From: Octopus vulgaris
Lineage: Eukaryota
Assembly (NCBI GenBank): GCA_951406725.2
Contig: OX597837.1
Coordinates: 3,596,001 to 3,660,000 of the forward strand
Direction: 5' to 3'
Length of the DNA: 64,000 nucleotides
Made by a program: the position numbers and the translations under genes. The notes beneath the pieces were generated by a model. The model was not told the origin of the DNA and ran no database searches. It worked only from the letters and a program-made list of their open reading frames with translations. Shown one piece after another: positions 56,079 through 64,000 of the stretch. How positions within the stretch are numbered: the first letter of the stretch is position 1; each line of letters opens with the position of its first letter.

Positions 56079-56080
<2 letters not shown>
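55836..56080 (-). mobile_element. 3' part of a fourth SINE/LINE-related family with a (GAT)n tail
   Basis: The minus strand reads GGTTGGCGTTAGGAAGGGCATCCAGCCGTAGAAA...CCAACCCATGCTAGCATGGAAAACGGACGCTAAAT(GAT)n, resembling RTE-type tails. Confidence 0.65.
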
Positions 56081-56139
<59 letters not shown>

Positions 56140-56141
<2 letters not shown>

Positions 56142-56399
56142 ATGGGTGTGTGTGTTTGTGTGTATGTTTGTGCGTGTATGTTTGTGTACGTATCTGTTTC
56201 TCCCCATCGACATTGTTTGACAAGCGATGTTGGTTTGTTTACGTCCCCGTAAAAGTAGCGGTTCGGCAAAAGAGACCGATAGAATAAGTACTAGGTTTAC
56301 AAAGAATCAATCCCGGGGTCGATTTGCTCGACTGAAGGCGGTGCTCCAGGATGGCCGCAGTCAAATGACTGAAACAAATAAAAGAACAAAAGAATAAAA
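56140..56399 (+). mobile_element. SINE family A, 3' half
   Basis: Body and tail following a microsatellite. Confidence 0.85.
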
Positions 56400-57297
56400 A
56401 TATACAAGTAATATAAAAGTACACATACGCACTCACATGCACCCGCCACACACACATGTATATATGTAGTAATGTTAGTGTAGAGTGTACTTATGCGCGT
56501 GAACAAATTATGCACATATTCATACTTGGACATTTGGCACACATCCGTATGCATGTATATGAAGATAAATAGCTATACATTTATCGGAAATGTATTTATA
56601 TATGTTCATATTTGCTTTAAGAGTATAATAGCTAGATATATTTCAGTACTAAACACTGATTTGGCTTCGGACATCTTCCAACTGCAATATTATTCGAATC
56701 GCAAAATGGATATGAATACTTATATGAATATATTAGAATTAAATTTCGTTGTCAGCTATTTTTGATTAAGACAAATGTATCATTTTAGTTTAAAACCTTA
56801 CCAATTTTATTTCTTTTCTGAAATGAGTATCAAAATATTGTAGCATAATAATTATTGAAATGCTGTGTTTTAATACTTGAATAGATATCGAGTTATATTG
56901 GAGTCAGACGGCGAATTTCTTGAGATTGTAGATTGTAATATTTTGATTTTATCTGTAGGTCTATAAAGTTACATGTGTATAAAGTTACATATATTTGTAT
57001 ATGCATACATGGGTGAACAGATAAGTCTGTCAGCTTGTCTTTTTGTTTATTTATCTATCTATCTATTTATCTATCTATCTATTTATCTATCTATCTATCA
57101 TATCCATATTCATATACATATGTAAGTTTATATATGTATAAATGTATATAAATATGTATATATATATATATACAATGAGACAGAAGAACTCCAAAATATT
57201 GGGGTGGCCTAATACTTTTGGTAGGTATACACACACACACACGCAAACACACACACACACACACGCACACACACATATATATATACATTTATATAAA

Positions 57298-57437
<140 letters not shown>

Positions 57438-57504
57438 GTATATAGACACATATGTATATATATTTCGCCGCTGAAAGAAGGTATTTTGAAAAAGCAATAA
57501 TCAG

Positions 57505-58385
57505 CCATGGCTAAAAGTATTAAGCAACTCCAATGTTTTGGGTTTCTGCTGTCTCAATGTTAATGAAACTCGTGCACATGGTGGATTATGGTATATTTCA
57601 CAATATACATTAATTTTAATATCTGGTTGACCCTCCTTTAGCATCAATTACCACTTTTATACGGTTAGGCACTGAATCAACTAGTTTCTTGCAGGTGCTA
57701 GGCGCAATTTTACTCCATTCTTCTCTCAACGTTTGGTACAATTGTTCTTTATTTTTAGTTGTTGTGTTCCTGATAGCTCCATCAAGAGTTCCCCATAGGT
57801 GTTGGATTGGATTTAGATCTGGATTTTGAGTTGGCCACTCGATGGGAATAATATCCTGTGTCTCAAACTATTGACGAGTATTCTTTGCTGTATGACATTG
57901 AGCGTTGTCCTGTTGAAAAATAACATTGTTTTTCGACACTTAGCAATTGATGGCTCTAAAACATCCGACAACATAGAACCACAGGTAGCTGAATTTATCT
58001 TTCCCTGATATGAAAACATATCACTGTGTCCTGTGGCATACATGCAGACCCACACCATGATAGAAACACCCTTCTGTTTTAAGGGTGGTACCAGACATTC
58101 AGCCTTAAATGCTTCCACAACTCTGCCCTGCACGAAAGTTGCACCAGATGTACGAAAAACCTGAGTAAAACATGAAAACTAATATTATCTTTATGTTGGA
58201 TACTTTTTGAAACATTTTGGGCAAGAAACTAGTTACACTAAGTTTATATGTTGATTGAATATATGTACTATCTTACCACATAGCTGCTTTCATCAGATCG
58301 TATGACTTTGGACCATTGCTCACTGGTCCAATTTGAGTGGTTTTGGGCCCCAGAAGACGTTTTTCCATATTCGGTTCAGAAATCC
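57505..58385 (-). mobile_element. Tc1-like transposase pseudogene with one TIR
   Basis: Minus-strand fragments WSKVIRSDES, MVWVCM, FQQDNAQCHTA, WPTQNPDLNPIQHLW and VIDAKGGSTRY* (stop at 57616-57618); TIR-like sequence at 57505-57562. Confidence 0.88.
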
Positions 58386-58389
58386 ATGT

Positions 58390-58526
58390 GTTGGATTAAC
58401 GGGCTTGAGTTAAAGGAAGCTAAATGTAATGGAAGTTAATTAGTCCGAAAATGATTTTCGAAGTTAACTTAAAAGTTAAATCGTTAATTAACGATTAATG
58501 GATTAACGGGCTTACGACCAATTCTG
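58390..58526. mobile_element. Possible terminal fragment of a DNA-transposon MITE with reiterated TTAAC subterminal motifs
   Basis: GGATTAACGGGCTT occurs twice, with many GTTAA motifs, ending CCAATTCTG. Confidence 0.4.
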
Positions 58527-58586
<60 letters not shown>

Positions 58587-58784
58587 ATATATAAATTAGA
58601 GAAATACCACTATTATGTAATTCAAACAATGATAAACATAAACAATGTCATATAGAATAAATAAAATATATTATAAAACATATGTCTAGATCACAAAAAG
58701 TACAAAATAATAAATAAACATTATACAATAAGTAAAAAGACCACAAAATTGAATTTTCCTCTGTAAGTTTGGAGTTATACTCTC

Positions 58785-58821
<37 letters not shown>

Positions 58822-59214
58822 ATGTATGTGTGTGCATATATCTATATTTGTATGAGCGTGTGTGTGTCCATATATGTGCGTGTAACAAGTATGTATCTAT
58901 ATTGTGGTAAAATATGAAAAAAATACAAATGCTCGTCATGTTGGCAGCTGCTTCGTTTAAGATTTGTAAAACGTCACATCACAATAAGAAACAAATGTAG
59001 GCCGAACCCTCAATTAGTTTGTATCACCGCTACTGCTATAGCTGCTGTCATCGACGCCGCTATCACCACCCCCACCACCAAAGCCACCACCACCACCACC
59101 AGCAACAACACTGCCACCACCACCACCACCACCACCACCACCAACACCATCACCAACACCAACATCACCACCGTTGCAACTGCTATTATTACTACTACTA
59201 CTGCTACTACTACA

Positions 59215-59268
<54 letters not shown>

Positions 59269-59296
59269 GTTGCTGCTGCCGCTGCTGCTGCTGCTG

Positions 59297-59339
<43 letters not shown>

Positions 59340-59497
59340 CATTTGCTAAGATGGGGGAGGTGTTACTATGAATGAAAACCTTTGAGTACGGACTGTGTGC
59401 TTATGTGCTGATGTGTGCGTATATGTGTGTGTGTGTGTCTGTGCAGCGGTTATGCGTCTGTTTCTGTGAATGTGTGTATGCCTAAATGTGTATATAT

Positions 59498-59548
<51 letters not shown>

Positions 59549-59551
<3 letters not shown>

Positions 59552-59766
59552 GAGTAAACACATAAATGTGAAACAAGGTGGAAAAAAGAGTACTCAAATA
59601 CCAGTGGTAGAGTAATATGCTTTATTTAAAGCAGCAGAAAATTCAACAAAACCTGTCACTCTGAGTTTCTCGTTGCAACGGGAAACTCTACTGCAACTGA
59701 GTTTCCCGTTGCAACGGGAAACTCAGAGTAACAGGTTTTGTTGAATTTTCTGCTGCTTTAAATAAA

Positions 59767-59770
<4 letters not shown>
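59549..59770. mobile_element. Foldback insertion in (TA)n with nested palindromes, Penelope-like
   Basis: About 66-bp tail, then arms starting at 59616 and ending at 59770. Internal 26-bp palindromes at 59663-59688 and 59699-59724. Confidence 0.75.
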
Positions 59771-59823
<53 letters not shown>

Positions 59824-60213
59824 TAAATATATGGCACAACGAAGTACCGATATTTACTGGAAATAGCGAACGTAATAATACGACGCTAATGTATAGCTTC
59901 ACCGCGTATGTACTAGCAAAAATGCGTGAGTGCAAAAATTGTTTTACCTCCAGGGAGAACATCTGAAAGATGAAATACCTAGAAAAGGATAATGTGGGAC
60001 CGGAGCCGGTTTCAGATTTTTCAAGATATGCCTGCACACATATACTTGATCTATCTTCATCAGCCAAACATATACCACGACAACATTTCAGATGTTACCA
60101 CATTAATGCCAATACACTCGACTGAAACGCCAAAACGCTAACAGAACGAGAACGGGGAAGAACGGGCTATTCTTTACTGGAAAGGCAATACTCTCGTATT
60201 GCATTACTAATTT

Positions 60214-60274
<61 letters not shown>

Positions 60275-60465
60275 GTGTGTGTGTGCATAGACATACACAC
60301 ACACGCGCATATATATGTATATGCATATAAATGTATGTGTATATATACATATATGTGCATGTATATCTGCATATGTAATCATGGATATATCTGTATGTGA
60401 CATCGTGTGTACCGTTGGCGAATATTTTTCCTGTCTTCCCTTCTCTGGATCTTTCCTACTCCTAT

Positions 60466-60500
60466 GTTTCCGACGAAGAGCTCCGCTCGAAACGTTAAAC
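60466..60500 (+). ncRNA. Minimal hammerhead-like motif (variant core) in a pLTR-like fragment at about 60380-60600
   Basis: GTTT-CCGACGA-A-GAGC-tcc-GCTC-GAA-ACGT-T-AAAC. Confidence 0.6.
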
Positions 60501-60597
60501 CCTCCTTCTTTCCTTCTTTCCTGAGTGTCCAATAATACTATATTTGTTCCACGTCCTCGCGTTGTTGTGTTTTTTTTGTGCTTTCTTGTTTGCATTA

Positions 60598-60646
<49 letters not shown>

Positions 60647-60874
60647 GTGTGTCTTTGTATGTATGTATGTATGCATGTACGTATATGCTTACTGCTCTCT
60701 CCGTCTCTCACATATACGTATATCGATTGAATTGAATTTTCATTTCTTAGCATTGTTTTCACTCCAACGCTCCCAGTCAACAGGAAAACCTAGGGACCGG
60801 ACTGTTACACTGTATTGTTCTTCCTTCTGTTGCCTTGCGGATGTATTCTGGCTAGAAAGTGTATTGATATCAAA

Positions 60875-61455
60875 GCACACGCACACACACACACAAACAC
60901 ACACACAAACACACACACACACACGCACACACACAAACACACACACAATCACGCACAAAGGCACGTATGCAGACAAACATATGTACGTATATATGCATGT
61001 ATATGTATACACACACATACACACGCCCACACACAGACACACACGCACGCACGCACACGCACACACGCACACACATACACAAGCACACACACACAAATAC
61101 GCTCAAAGACACGCATACAGACACACATATATACGTATATATATATATGTATATGTGTACACACACATACACACGGACACACACACACAGACACAAACAC
61201 ACACACGCAATCACGCACAAAGACACGCATGTAGACACACATATGTACGTATATATGTATGTATATGTGTACACACACATACACACGGACACACATACAC
61301 ACACACACACAGACACAAATACACACACACGCAAGCACGCACAAAGGCACGCATGCAGACACACATATATACGTATATATATATATATGTATATGTGTAC
61401 ACACACATACACACGCACAAACACAGGCACTCACTCACACATATATATGTACGTA
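60875..61455 (+). repeat. CA-rich higher-order tandem repeat (about 120-140-bp unit, four copies)
   Basis: CGC.CAAAG.CACG.AT..AGACA.ACATAT.TACGTATATA...GTATATGT.TACACACACATACACACG is repeated. Confidence 0.8.
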
Positions 61456-61597
61456 TGTTCTATAATACGCTCATACAAAGTCCAGCTTACTTAGACACAC
61501 ATGCGTAGACATATATATTTTACACATAGACACTCACATAAGCTCTCTCGCACGCACACATACAGACACACACACACAGACAATTACAGATATACAT

Positions 61598-61637
<40 letters not shown>

Positions 61638-61762
61638 TAAGAGGGAGAGTAAGGAATTTTATTTTCCTGTATATGAAACGAAAATACCAAAGAGTAAGAA
61701 GAGCTCCATTGTATTGCAGTAGAGCATTTTCTAACATTATTCATCAAAGTGCTTTCAGATTG

Positions 61763-61817
<55 letters not shown>

Positions 61818-62118
61818 AATACATGTATATATATGCATACATAGATAAATATATATATTTATATATACACCATATATATTTGTGTGTATATATATATATG
61901 TACAAACACACATATATTTATATAGGGACTCACACATATACAAACATAAATTTGTGTCCCTTACGTGGGAGTGCGTCCAACATTAAATGGAGGCTGTATA
62001 TATTTCATTTATATAAACGTACTGAAAGCAGTAAAAAAGGACCTTAAGGGAAGGAAAATGTGAGAAAATAGAATTCTATTTTCTCACAGTTTATTTGTTC
62101 GTGAAATGATACAATATG

Positions 62119-62203
<85 letters not shown>

Positions 62204-62325
62204 CAACCGCAAGTGAAGGAGAAGCTCAGATGTTTGTCATAATAGTTGTTTAGCTACCGTCAGGTAATTGAAGAAAGCTTTTGTATGCATTTAATAAATA
62301 ATTTCCAAATATTTACAAAAACTGA

Positions 62326-62392
<67 letters not shown>

Positions 62393-62529
62393 GCACGCAC
62401 GCACACATACTGTGAGATCCAGGATGTACTCAAGCCTTGGCTTGGATCTCGACATTATTGATAGCCCAATATTCGTCTTGAGCGCTGTTCTGGAAGGAAA
62501 TATCCCAACGTCACACCCGACAGACTTTA

Positions 62530-62567
<38 letters not shown>

Positions 62568-62798
62568 CCAAGTGTTAAGGCATGGAGTAGATAACATCCG
62601 GGTTACATATGTTTGATATCGAGCGGAACCTCGGAAGTAGTAAATATCCATGTGAGGCGTATGCTGCAGGTAACTCTTCAGACCAAGCCTATCTTGGTTA
62701 TGCGAAGTTTATATCGTCGTTATGTGGCTCATGCTTCATATCTTCTATGGACTGCTTGAATCCCACTGTCTACTTGCATATCAATCCTAAGATATTTC

Positions 62799-62855
<57 letters not shown>

Positions 62856-63383
62856 CACTCCTTTGTAGCTTAGATACAACCACCACACGCAGACATTCAG
62901 AAACATGCGGTAAGCATACATTACTGCCTACATTAATCTGGGAGTTAAATATACACTACCACATCAAATGTATTATCATTTCTACGTGAAGTAGGACAAC
63001 TGAAACAACCAGCCTGCGAATAGCGGAATCCAATTCACGAAAAAACAAAAACAAATCCCTTTTAGAGTAAAACTTTATGCAAATAGGACGAATGGCAATA
63101 ACATTAATACATAAATTAGCAGTAGAAATGTTTTACTAAATCTATTCCACTCTTAATCAATATCTTCTCTTTTTTTAAAGAAAATAACACTGACACCTAA
63201 AATAGGATTTCATGTAATGCTGTCATCATATCATCCTGAACAGACCCAATCATAATGATAACATCAATACGCAAACAATTTTGAGTGAAATTGATGATTA
63301 TGAACAAAAACAAAATCCATTCGATGTATACGTGTGAATGAGAAGTAAGCATATTTATGTATATGTATGGCTACACACATATA

Positions 63384-63546
<163 letters not shown>

Positions 63547-63820
63547 GCACACAGACAGACAGACACACACACACACACAGACACCGAAAAACACCCATAT
63601 ACATATGTAGTTAGAATGAGAAACTGTAACTGAAGATTAATTTTATGCGTTTTGATAGCAACCAATTTTTTTCACATTTTTGCGTAGCTTTTCATGTCAG
63701 CAGTAAAGGTTCTAGAGGGTTAACTTTGACAGTGTTAAGCAGTGGAGATGTTTGATGATTATGTGTGGTGGTTACTTTTGACTGTTTCTTCTCAATAAGG
63801 ATGATTGATAACAAATCTTA

Positions 63821-63881
<61 letters not shown>

Positions 63882-64000
63882 TTCAAGTAGAATTGTACGT
63901 CATAAGACAGACAGCATAGCAACAGTTTTGTCAGACTGTCATCCTGTACTCACCTTGTTGCTAACGAAATGGTATGTGCCGGCTGTCTGAGCAACTGGTT

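Noticed and set aside
59019-59375. His/Tyr/Cys-rich protein
   Set aside because: It is a compound trinucleotide microsatellite (CAC/TAC/TGC).

Overview
AT-rich, repeat-saturated eukaryotic DNA. The SINE families and very high microsatellite load resemble octopus/cephalopod genomes (inference). I could not support any host protein-coding gene, and almost all ORFs in the track are translations of microsatellites. The window holds about 35 tRNA-derived SINE copies in at least four families, a complete non-autonomous Helitron, Tc1/mariner and piggyBac-type remnants, and several LINE and Penelope fragments. Three things stand out. (1) A 2.2-kb ORF1-only non-LTR retroelement (RRM-like region plus CCHC knuckle, no reverse transcriptase) sits inside the tRNA-like head of a SINE with a 15-bp target-site duplication. 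(2) Four unrelated tail-plus-inverted-repeat foldback insertions, including a 308-bp near-perfect palindrome, carry minimal hammerhead-ribozyme-like motifs with non-canonical cores. Similar motifs occur at other sites, one of them downstream of a Penelope GIY-YIG endonuclease fragment. (3) A LINE 3' end shares its terminal stem-loop with the dominant SINE, suggesting a LINE/SINE partner pair. All coordinates were read by eye, and boundaries of degraded elements are approximate.
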